Assembly: GCA_947458915.1 (NCBI GenBank)
Contig: CANHAE010000001.1
Location: 1,366 to 65,365, forward strand
Direction of reading: 5' to 3'
DNA length: 64,000 nucleotides
Source of the DNA: Bacteroidota bacterium
GTDB lineage: Bacteria; Bacteroidota; Bacteroidia; Chitinophagales; Chitinophagaceae
The stretch's first letter is position 1, and every line of letters begins with the position of its first letter. The position numbers and the translations under genes were made by a program. Shown here in pieces: positions 47,848 to 57,876 of this stretch. The notes under the pieces were generated by a model that saw only the letters and a list, made by a program, of their open reading frames with translations, ran no database searches and had not been told where the DNA came from.

Positions 47848-48708
47848 CTACTTTTTAAGGGTTTTTAGGTATTCACCATAACCACTTTTAGCATATTTAT
47901 CGGCTAAAACCAATAACTGGTCCTTGTCAATAAAGCCCATTCGATAGGCAACTTCTTCTATACATCCAATCTTTTGACTTTGTCTTTTTTCAATGACTCT
48001 TACGAACTCACAAGCATCGGCCAATGATTCAAAAGTACCGGTATCCAACCATGCAGTACCTCTGTTCATTATACCTACTTGCAATTGCTTTCGCTGTAAA
48101 TAAACCTTATTAACGTCCGTGATTTCATATTCCCCTCTTGGAGAAGCTGGAATGTTTTTAGCAATCTCTACCACTTGGTTGTCATAAAAATATAAACCAG
48201 GAACCGCGTAATTTGATTTAGGTGCAACTGGTTTTTCTTCTAAAGACAATGCATTGTTGTTTGCATCAAATTCTACTACACCATAACGTTCCGGGTCATT
48301 TACTTCATATGCAAATACAGCAGCCCCTTCTACATCGTTAAATGATTGTACGAGTTTACTAAATCCTGCGCCATAAAATATATTATCGCCTAATACTAAT
48401 GCAACCTTATCCTTGCCTATAAAATCAGCACCAATAACAAAGGCTTGTGCTAATCCATTTGGCACGGCCTGTACCGCATAACTAAAATTACAACCAATCT
48501 CAGAACCGTCTCCTAGCAAACGTTTAAACTGATCGTTGTCCTCGGGAGTGGTAATAATTAATACTTCCTTAATCCCCGCTAACATTAATACCGACAAAGG
48601 ATAATAAATCATTGGCTTATCATAGATAGGCATTAATTGCTTACTAATCCCTTTTGTAATTGGATACAATCTTGTACCCGACCCTCCTGCTAATATAATT
48701 CCCTTCAT
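47848..48708 (-). CDS. rfbA: Glucose-1-phosphate thymidylyltransferase
   Basis: [37 protein letters not shown]. Confidence 0.95.
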   Translation of the reverse strand: MKGIILAGGSGTRLYPITKGISKQLMPIYDKPMIYYPLSVLMLAGIKEVLIITTPEDNDQFKRLLGDGSEIGCNFSYAVQAVPNGLAQAFVIGADFIGKDKVALVLGDNIFYGAGFSKLVQSFNDVEGAAVFAYEVNDPERYGVVEFDANNNALSLEEKPVAPKSNYAVPGLYFYDNQVVEIAKNIPASPRGEYEITDVNKVYLQRKQLQVGIMNRGTAWLDTGTFESLADACEFVRVIEKRQSQKIGCIEEVAYRMGFIDKDQLLVLADKYAKSGYGEYLKTLKK

Positions 48709-48724
48709 GATGTGGTCATTTAAT

Positions 48725-49276
48725 TTATAAAGAAGCTGCATATTCAGCGAAGCTTCCTAATGTTTTATCTTTTTCAGAAAATACTAATTCCGATGTAGGT
48801 AATTTCCAGTCAATATTTAAATCCTTGTCATTATACATAATACCAACCTCATTGCCTGGTTGGTAAAATTTATCAACTTTATAAAAGAAAGTTGCTGTTT
48901 CACTTAACACTACAAATCCATGTGCAAATCCTGCTGGTACAAAAAATTGTTTATGGTTTTCCCCTGTTAATTCAATGGCAAAATGATGTCCAAATGTTGG
49001 TGAATTTTTTCTTAAATCCACTGCAATATCTAATACTGCACCATGTAAAACCCTTACTAGCTTTGCTTGTGCAGCCGCCCCTTTTTGCATATGCAGTCCC
49101 CTTAACACACCCTTGGTTGATTTTGATTGGTTGTCCTGCACAAAAACAATGTCTAACCCAGAAGCGTTTTGAAAATCTCTTTGGTTAAACGTTTCAATAA
49201 AATAACCTCTTGCATCTCCATGAACTGTTTCATGAATAATAAAACAATCTTTAAGGGGGGTGTGTTCAATTCTCAT
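48725..49276 (-). CDS. rfbC: dTDP-4-dehydrorhamnose 3,5-epimerase
   Basis: DARGYF.E, QDNQS.S..GVLRGLH, GFAHGF. Confidence 0.95.
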   Translation of the reverse strand: MRIEHTPLKDCFIIHETVHGDARGYFIETFNQRDFQNASGLDIVFVQDNQSKSTKGVLRGLHMQKGAAAQAKLVRVLHGAVLDIAVDLRKNSPTFGHHFAIELTGENHKQFFVPAGFAHGFVVLSETATFFYKVDKFYQPGNEVGIMYNDKDLNIDWKLPTSELVFSEKDKTLGSFAEYAASL

Positions 49277-50370
49277 TATCTGTTTGTATACATTTCGTTA
49301 TAGTAGGTTTGGTACGCGCCGCTTGTTACATTTTCCAACCATGTTGTATTTTCTAAATACCAACTAATGGTTGCTGCCAAGCCTTGTTCAAATGTTACCG
49401 AAGGGGACCAGCCTAATTCTTTATTTAATTTAGTTGCATCAATCGCATAACGGCGATCATGTCCTGGACGGTCCTTTACATAAGTAATAAGCGATTCACT
49501 CTCCCCAGCTATTCTTCCTAATTTAACGTCCATTTGGGCACACATTAATTTTACTAAATCAATATTAGTCCATTCGTTAAATCCTCCAATATTATAAGTA
49601 TCACTTCGTTTTCCCTGGTGGAAAATCATATCAATGGCACGCGCGTGATCAATTACATACAACCAATCACGTGTGTACAAACCATCACCATATACTGGCA
49701 GTGGTTTTTTGCTAATAATATTATGAATAAATAAAGGAATTAGTTTTTCCGGAAAATGATTAGGGCCGTAATTATTAGAACAATTTGAAATCACTACGGG
49801 CAAATGATACGTCTCGCCATAAGCTCTTACAAAATGGTCACTCGCCGCTTTACTTGCAGAGTAAGGTGAGTTAGGGTCGTAAGCAGTTGTTTCGGTAAAC
49901 AACCCTTCCTTGCCTAAGCTTCCGTATACTTCATCCGTAGATATATGGTAAAATAAATGGTCCCTTTTAGTATGCCAACTTCCATCATGTGCAGTTTCGT
50001 AACTTAAATCTCCTTTCCAATATTCCTTAGCGGTATTCAATAAATTAACAGTTCCAATAACATTCGTATATACAAAATCTAATGGAGAAATAATAGAACG
50101 GTCCACATGCGACTCTGCAGCCAAATGAATCACATCAGTTATTGCATGTTTTTCGAAAATTACTTTCAAAGTATCCGCTTCTAATATGTTTGCTTTTACA
50201 AAATGATAGTTTGGCGCGTTTTCAATATCTTTTAAATTTTCTAAATTGCCTGCATAAGTTAAGGCGTCTAAATTAAAGATCTGATAATGAGGATATTTGT
50301 TCACGAATAAACGCACTACATGCGATCCTATAAATCCTGCCCCTCCGGTAATTAATATGTTTTTTTGCAT
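49276..50370 (-). CDS. rfbB: dTDP-glucose 4,6-dehydratase
   Basis: TGGAGFIGS, HLAAESHVDRSI, STDEVYG, YSASK, DRPGHDRRY. Confidence 0.95.
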   Translation of the reverse strand: MQKNILITGGAGFIGSHVVRLFVNKYPHYQIFNLDALTYAGNLENLKDIENAPNYHFVKANILEADTLKVIFEKHAITDVIHLAAESHVDRSIISPLDFVYTNVIGTVNLLNTAKEYWKGDLSYETAHDGSWHTKRDHLFYHISTDEVYGSLGKEGLFTETTAYDPNSPYSASKAASDHFVRAYGETYHLPVVISNCSNNYGPNHFPEKLIPLFIHNIISKKPLPVYGDGLYTRDWLYVIDHARAIDMIFHQGKRSDTYNIGGFNEWTNIDLVKLMCAQMDVKLGRIAGESESLITYVKDRPGHDRRYAIDATKLNKELGWSPSVTFEQGLAATISWYLENTTWLENVTSGAYQTYYNEMYTNR

Positions 50371-50441
50371 CTGAATTTGTATCTTACAAAGATATTATTT
50401 TATGTATATATATTACTAAGAATCCAATTTATATTAGCATT

Positions 50442-51596
50442 ATGAAGCAGCAAAGATACTATTCCTTAGACGTTTTTAGAGGTGCCACTGTAGCATTGAT
50501 GATTTTAGTGAATAATCCTGGTTCATGGGGACATATTTTTAGCCCATTAGCACATGCAAGTTGGCATGGATGCACACCTACCGATTTAGTATTTCCCTTC
50601 TTTTTATTTGCAGTAGGCAATGCCCTATCCTTTGTGATGCCAAAAATGCAAAGCGAAACTGATGCCTATTTTTGGAAAAAAGTAATTAAACGAACTTTAT
50701 TAATTTTCTTAATTGGCTTATTTATTAATTGGAGCCCTTTTGTAAAATGGGCCGATGGAGCACTTGTTTTTAAAACATGGGAGCATGTGCGTATACTAGG
50801 TGTTTTACAAAGAATTGCTTTGTGTTATTTTTTCGCTTCGGCTATTATTTATTATGGGAAAACGAAAATGGCTTTTTTAATAGGCATATTAATACTCATA
50901 GTTTATTGGGTATTAAATTTCATGTTAGGTGCGCCAGGGCATCCTTATAGTTTATCCGGCTTTTTTGGAAATGAAATAGACATATCCATACTTGGCGTTA
51001 CCCATATATACAAAGGAGAAGGTGTGCCGTTCGATCCAGAAGGCTTGGTAAGTATGTTCCCGGCAATTGTTCAAGTAATATTTGGATATTTAGTTGGCGA
51101 ATATATTCAGCTAAAAGGAAAGAGTTACGAAATGCTAGCCCAATTACTTTTAACGGGTATTATATTAGTACTAGCTGGTTATATTTGGGACTTTAGCTTC
51201 CCTATAAATAAAAAAATATGGACTAGCAGTTATGTCTTATACACTTCTGGGCTGGCAACAATTACTTTAAGTGTACTTATTTATTTGTTAGAGTTTAAAA
51301 ACACAAAAGGAGCTTGGAGTAAATTCTTTGATGTATTTGGAAAGAACCCCTTATTTATATTTTTCATGAGTGGTTTTTTACCCCGCGTAATTGCATTATT
51401 TCGTTGGGTTGACCATGTGGATGAAAAAGGAGAAAACGTCTATACCTCAGCGCTTCCTTGGTTTTACCAAAATGTTTGTAAAGACATTGCAAGTGATTTA
51501 CGCATTGGGTCCTTTATATATGCATTATGTTTTATCACTTTTTTTGCACTACTTGCTTATGTGCTAGACAAAAAGAAAATTTACATAAAAGTATAG
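50442..51596 (+). CDS. HGSNAT/NagX-like (DUF5009) membrane acyltransferase
   Basis: SLDVFRG, LMILVN, DLVFPFFLF, GVLQRIA, DPEG, PINKKIWTSSY. Confidence 0.85.
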   Translation: MKQQRYYSLDVFRGATVALMILVNNPGSWGHIFSPLAHASWHGCTPTDLVFPFFLFAVGNALSFVMPKMQSETDAYFWKKVIKRTLLIFLIGLFINWSPFVKWADGALVFKTWEHVRILGVLQRIALCYFFASAIIYYGKTKMAFLIGILILIVYWVLNFMLGAPGHPYSLSGFFGNEIDISILGVTHIYKGEGVPFDPEGLVSMFPAIVQVIFGYLVGEYIQLKGKSYEMLAQLLLTGIILVLAGYIWDFSFPINKKIWTSSYVLYTSGLATITLSVLIYLLEFKNTKGAWSKFFDVFGKNPLFIFFMSGFLPRVIALFRWVDHVDEKGENVYTSALPWFYQNVCKDIASDLRIGSFIYALCFITFFALLAYVLDKKKIYIKV

Positions 51597-51612
51597 TGCT
51601 GCAAAAGTTGTT

Positions 51613-52356
51613 TTACTTGAAAATTGTAGCGGCTTTTTCAAGGCTTTCTGGCTTTCCCACGTCTAGTAATACGCCATCGCTATGGTCATAATAATGAATC
51701 GGGTAATGCTGTGCAATATGTAAATAAGCATCAATCAATGAAAATTTTCCGTTCATTTCTAATACCTCAAAAAAGGAACTATGAATAATTTGAATGCCAC
51801 TAAATGCCTTTGGCACAGCTGTATTGGAATCTCGTAATGGGTTAGCCCATTTTTCTTCGCCAGTTGAATTGTTCTTCCACCCACACAAAGTGCCTGCTGC
51901 ATTAAAAATTAAATTTCTACTAGTTGTTCTGTTAGTTACAGCAAGGGTAGCCACAATATCTCCTTCTCCTGTTGCTGTAAAATGTTCGTCTGCAGCAATC
52001 ATTTTATCTAAAGGCAAATTGGTTAAAATATCTGCATTCATTACCAACCATTTTGCTTCTTCTTTAAAATAAGGAGCCGCACGTAGTAGCCCACCTCCTG
52101 TTTCTAAAACCTCATCCGATTCATCAGAAATAGAAACTGTCGATCCCCAACCATTATTGTCTTCAATTATTTGAATAAGCTGGTCTGCAAAATGATGCAC
52201 ATTTACAATCACCTCCTTTATGCCAAAGGCCTGTAAATATTCAATATTCCGTTGCAATAAACACTTCCCGTTTACCATGGCCAAAGCCTTAGGATGTTTG
52301 TCAGTAAAGGGCTTTAGCCTCGTCCCTAAGCCGGCCGCTAATATCATTGCCTTCAT
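51613..52356 (-). CDS. murU: MurNAc-1-phosphate uridylyltransferase-like nucleotidyltransferase
   Basis: MKAMILAAGLGTRLKP, LETGGGL, DVGKPE; coupled to an AmgK-like kinase. Confidence 0.75.
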   Translation of the reverse strand: MKAMILAAGLGTRLKPFTDKHPKALAMVNGKCLLQRNIEYLQAFGIKEVIVNVHHFADQLIQIIEDNNGWGSTVSISDESDEVLETGGGLLRAAPYFKEEAKWLVMNADILTNLPLDKMIAADEHFTATGEGDIVATLAVTNRTTSRNLIFNAAGTLCGWKNNSTGEEKWANPLRDSNTAVPKAFSGIQIIHSSFFEVLEMNGKFSLIDAYLHIAQHYPIHYYDHSDGVLLDVGKPESLEKAATIFK

Positions 52357-52373
52357 AATTTCTTCATTGAAAT

Positions 52374-53831
52374 TTACTTAACCCAGTTTTCTTTATTAGA
52401 ATGCGCTAAAACAATCTGCACTTTATACTTATTTTTTAAATGTCTTGCTGTTTGTTCCGCCGCAAAAACACTTCTATGTTGTCCCCCTGTACAACCAAAA
52501 TTTATTTGTAGCGATTTAAAATCTCGTGTCAAATAATTTTCAACTGTAATATCAATTAAATCCCATACGCTATTTAAGAAAGTGTTCATCTTTGTTCTTT
52601 GTTCTAAAAAATCTTGCACTGGCTTATCTAAACCTGAGAGTTTTTTATAGGCATCAAATCTTCCCGGATTTAATATGCCACGCATATCAAAAATAAATCC
52701 TCCCCCATTTTCGGTTTCATCTTTAGGCAACCCTTTTTTATAACTAAAACTGCTAATGGTAATAACTAATGGTGTTTTATCTGTTGCAGTGGGAGGTGTA
52801 AAACGTTGTATTACTTCGTCCCCAACCATCCAGTCTAAAATACCAGCAAACACAGGCGTGTCGGCATCTAGCTTGTAAACTTGTAAGAAGTTTTTTAAGT
52901 TATTCAAGCCCAAAGGAATACTCGTTAAGAAATGTGCCTTACGTTCGAATAACCCTCTAAAACCATAAGCACCTAATACCTGCAATAAACGTAATAATAC
53001 AAAACCATTGTACTGCTTCTTAAACTGCACTATGTCTATCTTACTTGGCAATAGTTTTTGAACTTCTTCGATATAATAATCTAATAACTTTTCTTTCCAT
53101 TCGTTCGGTAGTTCCGCTTTTGCTTGCCATAATAAAGAAGCAACGTCATAAGAAAGCCCACCTTGCATACCGCCCTGGAAATCGATAAAGTAAACTTCTC
53201 CATTATTTACAATGATATTTCTACTTTGAAAATCACGGAATAAAAAATGATTAAACTGTTTACTCGCTAATTGGTCACTTAGTAATTCAAATTCATCAAT
53301 AAGTGTTTGTTTGTCATAAGCGTATTGCAATGTGTCTAAAAAGTAGTACTTATAATAAAGCAAATCGGTTAAAATTGAATACTTGCCAAATTCATGTGAA
53401 GTTAAGCAGTAGCTATAATCTAGTCCCTGCCCTCCTTCAACTTGTAGTTTGGCCAACGCTTTTAGGCTTTTCTGAAAAAGACCAAAAACATAGTCTGTCT
53501 TGCCTTCTTTTTCTAACACTTCTAATAGGGACACTTGGCCAAGGTCGGATTGAATATAAGTAGTAAAGTCCTCGCTAATTGCTAGCACTTTAGGGACTGG
53601 CAAGCCCTTTGCGTAAAAGTGTTCAGCAAAGTAGATGAAAGTTTTACTCTCTTTAATGTTGGTATCATAAGTTGCAATCCAGGACTGATTGCCTTGCAGT
53701 ATCCTAAAATATACCCTATCCCCGCCACTTTGAGGTATTTTTTGAAGTTCATCCCAGTCCGAAGCGTGAATGGTTTTGAATAACTTATTAATCCTATCTA
53801 TAATTACTTCCATGGGGGTCAATATATTCAT
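52374..53831 (-). CDS. AmgK-like anomeric sugar kinase fused to a RapZ C-terminal domain
   Basis: GGDRVYFR, RDFQSRNI, FIDFQG, QVLGAYGF; C-terminal SFSYKKG..FD.R..NP and GCTGGQHRSV. Confidence 0.8.
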   Translation of the reverse strand: MNILTPMEVIIDRINKLFKTIHASDWDELQKIPQSGGDRVYFRILQGNQSWIATYDTNIKESKTFIYFAEHFYAKGLPVPKVLAISEDFTTYIQSDLGQVSLLEVLEKEGKTDYVFGLFQKSLKALAKLQVEGGQGLDYSYCLTSHEFGKYSILTDLLYYKYYFLDTLQYAYDKQTLIDEFELLSDQLASKQFNHFLFRDFQSRNIIVNNGEVYFIDFQGGMQGGLSYDVASLLWQAKAELPNEWKEKLLDYYIEEVQKLLPSKIDIVQFKKQYNGFVLLRLLQVLGAYGFRGLFERKAHFLTSIPLGLNNLKNFLQVYKLDADTPVFAGILDWMVGDEVIQRFTPPTATDKTPLVITISSFSYKKGLPKDETENGGGFIFDMRGILNPGRFDAYKKLSGLDKPVQDFLEQRTKMNTFLNSVWDLIDITVENYLTRDFKSLQINFGCTGGQHRSVFAAEQTARHLKNKYKVQIVLAHSNKENWVK

Positions 53832-53916
53832 TTTAAATAGCTTTAAAAGTAACTAATTATATGAGATTTATCATAAAAGACAAAAAAAGTATTAAATTGA
53901 TGTAAATAAACAACAT

Positions 53917-56805
53917 ATGCATAAAAAACTAGCCCTCTATTTTAGCCTTGTGTTAACCATTGCTTTTAGTAATGCTTTTGCACAAAACTCTACCGTAAAA
54001 GGTAGGATAAACGATACCAAAGGAAGCCCACTCGAAGGCGTAACTGTTAAAGTGCAAGGAACTAAGCTTGCAACTGCCTCAGAAAAAAGCGGAAACTATA
54101 CTATCAACGCTAAAATAAATGATGTATTGGAATTTAGCTCAGTTGGATTTGAGAATAAAAAAATAAAAGTAACAAGTACAACTTTAAATATTGTGTTGGA
54201 TGCAACCACTTCCGATTTACAAGATGTAATTCTTGTAGGTAGTCGCGGAACTGGTCGTATTAAAACCGAATCTCCTGTTCCTGTGGATATTATTAAACTT
54301 TCCGAAGTTGGGATGAACACCGCAAGAATGGATTTAACTTCAACCTTGAATTTTGTAGCTCCTTCATTTAACTATAATAAGCAGTCAGGTGCGGATGGTG
54401 CCGACCATATTGATATTGGAACATTAAGAGGTTTAGGGCCTGACCAAACGCTAGTTTTAGTGAATGGTAAAAGACGCCACAGTGTAGCACTAGTAGGCCT
54501 TTTTGGAACAAGAGGACGTGGTAATTCAGGAGTGGATTTAAATAGCTTCCCACAATCTGCAGTAGCCAGAATTGAGATTTTAAGGGATGGTGCTTCTGCA
54601 CAATATGGTTCAGATGCCATTGCGGGTGTAATGAATATTGTATTAGAAAAGAATACAAAAGAATGGAACATTACAACAGGTATCGCGGGTTACTATGATA
54701 AAAAATTCAATACTTACCAATTTAAAGACAATAAAGATTATTTAACAAGTAACCCAATTGATGGTGTAACAAAACAAGTTGCCATTAATAAAGGTTTTGA
54801 TTTAGGAAAAAAGGGTGGTTTTATAAATATATCCTTTGATTTATTAGACCAAGGGAAAACTTTCCGTCAAGCAGCTTCTTCGGACATTGCCCATAAAGAC
54901 GGCTTGCCTACTAACAATTGGAGACAAGGATTTGGTGATGGATCAATGACTTCTTATGGTACAATGTTTAACATGGAATTGCCAATTAGCGGTAAAACTA
55001 AATTTTATGCATTTGGAAGTTTTAATACTAAAAGTTCTGATGCATATGCCTATACAAGAAGATGGTCGGCTAAGCCAAATCGCTTCCCAGTAGACCAACA
55101 GGGTAACCTTATTTTTGTGCCGAGCATTATGTTCTCTTCAGGTTCAGCTGCCGAAGGCACAATAGATACTAGCTATAACCCTCATATTCAAGCGGAAATC
55201 AGAGACTTGTCCTTAGCGGCTGGCATATCTGGGACTACAAGTGGCGGCTGGGATTGGGATTTAAGTAATACAATGGGTCGCAACGATTTCCATTATTATG
55301 GCAAGGGTACTTTTAACGCTTCAATGATAGCAGCACCCGATAAAACTAGTTTTGATGATGGGGGATTCTTCTTTTCGCAAAATACCGCGAATTTAGATTT
55401 ATCAAAGCAATTCGGGACTGTGAATAATGGTGGCCTGAAACTATCTTATGGTGGTGAGTATAGAACAGAATCTTATGGTATCAATAAAGGGGAATTTGCT
55501 TCTTATATGGCTTATCCAAATTCAATAGGACTTGAGCAAGCACCTGGTGCACAAGGCTTCCCAGGATTTAGTCCCGATGATGAGGTACGCGCAACCAGAA
55601 ACGTAGCTGGACTATATGGCGATTTAGAATATACACCTTCTGATTTACTTTTATTAACTGGCGCAGTGCGTTTTGAGGACTACTCGGACTTTGGTTCAGT
55701 AAGTACTTTTAAAACTTCATTCAGGTATAAAGTTGCTCGCAATTTTAATTTCAGAGGATCATTCAGTACAGGTTATCGTGCTCCTTCTTTACAACAAATT
55801 AATTTTAGTAATACACTTACCTCTTTTTCAAATGGAGGATTGGTTCAATCAAGAATTGCTCGTAATAATGATGAAATAAGCAAGCTTGCTGGAATTCCGG
55901 CACTTAAACAAGAAACCTCAACCAATGCAAGTTTAGGATTTTCTTGGAAACCACTTACAGGATTAACTTTCACTGTTGATGGCTACTCCATTAAAATGAA
56001 AGATCGTGTTGTATTGTCCGGATTGTTTAGCGCAGAAGATGCTTCATTGCCAGCGGCACTAACGAATAAATTAAATGCAATGGGTGTTGCTACTGCTCAA
56101 TTTTTCTCAAACGCAGTAAATACAACTAATACAGGTATTGATGTAGTAATTGACTACCAAAAGAAAATATCAAACAATGAACGTTTTAAAATATTACTAG
56201 TTGGTAATTTCCAAAATATTACTATTGACAAAATTAATATACCCCCAGCTTTAACAAGCAATAAATTTGTTACTGATCCATACTATACTAGTAGAGCAAG
56301 TTTTTTCAGTAAAGATATCCCTAGCACCTTTTTTAATACAAGAGAAATATATTTCTTAAAAGCATCCGCACCTAAATCCAAATTCTCTGCAAGTTTTGAT
56401 TATACAAAAAATAAAATAAGTCTTGGAGCAAGGTTTACGTATTTTGGAAATGTTGTATTAACTGGATTTGGAGACCCTGATTATGATGGAATTTACCCAA
56501 TGGTCCCTGTCGACGATCCGGGTTCAGCAACAAATACAACGAACTTTAACGACGGGAAATATGTACCTGAACTATTCAATTACAAAGGAAAACTCACTAC
56601 TGATATCTATATGAATATTCAGGTTTCTAAAAAAGCTTCGTTAATTCTTGGTGCTGACAATATCTTTAATGTACACCCCGACTTCGCTGTAAACCCACAA
56701 GCTAAATGGTACGCAGGTGACAACGAAACAGGTGGCCCTTGGGATGGCGTTCAAATGGGCTACAATGGTTTAAGATTATTTAGTAAATTATCATTCAGAT
56801 TTTAA
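53917..56805 (+). CDS. TonB-dependent receptor with N-terminal extension
   Basis: Signal peptide, LRGLGPDQTLVLVNGKRRH, IEILRDGASAQYGSDAIAGV, terminal Phe. Confidence 0.9.
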   Translation: MHKKLALYFSLVLTIAFSNAFAQNSTVKGRINDTKGSPLEGVTVKVQGTKLATASEKSGNYTINAKINDVLEFSSVGFENKKIKVTSTTLNIVLDATTSDLQDVILVGSRGTGRIKTESPVPVDIIKLSEVGMNTARMDLTSTLNFVAPSFNYNKQSGADGADHIDIGTLRGLGPDQTLVLVNGKRRHSVALVGLFGTRGRGNSGVDLNSFPQSAVARIEILRDGASAQYGSDAIAGVMNIVLEKNTKEWNITTGIAGYYDKKFNTYQFKDNKDYLTSNPIDGVTKQVAINKGFDLGKKGGFINISFDLLDQGKTFRQAASSDIAHKDGLPTNNWRQGFGDGSMTSYGTMFNMELPISGKTKFYAFGSFNTKSSDAYAYTRRWSAKPNRFPVDQQGNLIFVPSIMFSSGSAAEGTIDTSYNPHIQAEIRDLSLAAGISGTTSGGWDWDLSNTMGRNDFHYYGKGTFNASMIAAPDKTSFDDGGFFFSQNTANLDLSKQFGTVNNGGLKLSYGGEYRTESYGINKGEFASYMAYPNSIGLEQAPGAQGFPGFSPDDEVRATRNVAGLYGDLEYTPSDLLLLTGAVRFEDYSDFGSVSTFKTSFRYKVARNFNFRGSFSTGYRAPSLQQINFSNTLTSFSNGGLVQSRIARNNDEISKLAGIPALKQETSTNASLGFSWKPLTGLTFTVDGYSIKMKDRVVLSGLFSAEDASLPAALTNKLNAMGVATAQFFSNAVNTTNTGIDVVIDYQKKISNNERFKILLVGNFQNITIDKINIPPALTSNKFVTDPYYTSRASFFSKDIPSTFFNTREIYFLKASAPKSKFSASFDYTKNKISLGARFTYFGNVVLTGFGDPDYDGIYPMVPVDDPGSATNTTNFNDGKYVPELFNYKGKLTTDIYMNIQVSKKASLILGADNIFNVHPDFAVNPQAKWYAGDNETGGPWDGVQMGYNGLRLFSKLSFRF

Positions 56806-56830
56806 TTAATTACTTTATTTGAATAACTTT

Positions 56831-56862
56831 AAAGCCTTCTCGTTTATTCGGGAAGGCTTTTT
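56831..56862 (+). terminator. Intrinsic terminator
   Basis: AAAGCCTTCTCG...CGGGAAGGCTTTTT. Confidence 0.8.
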
Positions 56863-56954
56863 ATTACGCTTATTAAATAAGCAATTAAATAGTTTGTGTC
56901 TGGCTACGTTTTGTCGGAGCCAGTAACAAAGCTATTTATTGCGCCAGTTTTAAA

Positions 56955-57860
56955 ATGAAAAAAATAATTACTACAGGTATACTGCTTTTATTAGCCGCCG
57001 TAACAGCAACAGCACAAAATGGCATTGTTGTTTTTCAAACCGATTTTGGCACAAAGGATGGCGCCGTATCGGCTATGAAAGGCGTAGCCACATCAGTGGA
57101 TGCAAGTTTAAAATTATACGATTTAACGCACGATATCCCTGCTTATAATATTTGGGAAGCTGCTTACAGGCTGAACCAAACAGTGCCTTATTGGCCAGCA
57201 GGGACGGTATTTGTTTCTGTTGTAGACCCTGGCGTGGGTACCGAACGCAGGTCGGTAGTAGTAAAAACTAAGACAGGGCATTTTATAGTAACCCCCGACA
57301 ATGGAACCCTTACTTTATTAGCGGCATCACTTGGCATTGATTCCATTAGAGAAATTGACGAAGTAACTAATAGACGCAAAAACTCAGGCGCTTCCTATAC
57401 TTTTCACGGAAGAGATGTATATGCTTATACTGCAGCAAGGCTAGCTTCTCATGCCATTAGCTATACACAAATTGGCAACTTAGTGGCAGCACCTGTGTAT
57501 ACACTAGCTTACCAAAAAGCAAGTTTAGCAAACGGAAAACTTAAAGGAAATATATCCATATTAGATATCCAATATGGAAACCTTTGGACCAATATTGATC
57601 AAGCAAATTGGAAAAAATTTAATCAAATTCCACATACTAAAAACGAACTGCATGTTCAAATTTATCATTTGCAAAAACAAGTTTATACAGGTACTATGCC
57701 TTTTGAAAATACTTTTGGTGGGGTAAATGTAGGAATGCCACTAGCCTATTTAAATAGTTTAATGAATATAGCAGTCGCACTGAACCAAGGCAGTTTCGCA
57801 AACAAGTACCATATTCAAGCGGGCAACGATTGGAACATTAGTATTAGCTGGGTAAAATAA
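56955..57860 (+). CDS. SAM hydrolase/halogenase (DUF62) family protein with signal peptide
   Basis: TDFG, DLTH, VVDPGVGT.R, PDNG, TFHGRD; N-terminal signal peptide. Confidence 0.85.
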   Translation: MKKIITTGILLLLAAVTATAQNGIVVFQTDFGTKDGAVSAMKGVATSVDASLKLYDLTHDIPAYNIWEAAYRLNQTVPYWPAGTVFVSVVDPGVGTERRSVVVKTKTGHFIVTPDNGTLTLLAASLGIDSIREIDEVTNRRKNSGASYTFHGRDVYAYTAARLASHAISYTQIGNLVAAPVYTLAYQKASLANGKLKGNISILDIQYGNLWTNIDQANWKKFNQIPHTKNELHVQIYHLQKQVYTGTMPFENTFGGVNVGMPLAYLNSLMNIAVALNQGSFANKYHIQAGNDWNISISWVK

Positions 57861-57876
57861 ATTGTCCTTTTAAAGG

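Noticed and set aside
47848-50370. Missing rfbD
   Set aside because: rfbD is often encoded elsewhere; no sign of a remnant here
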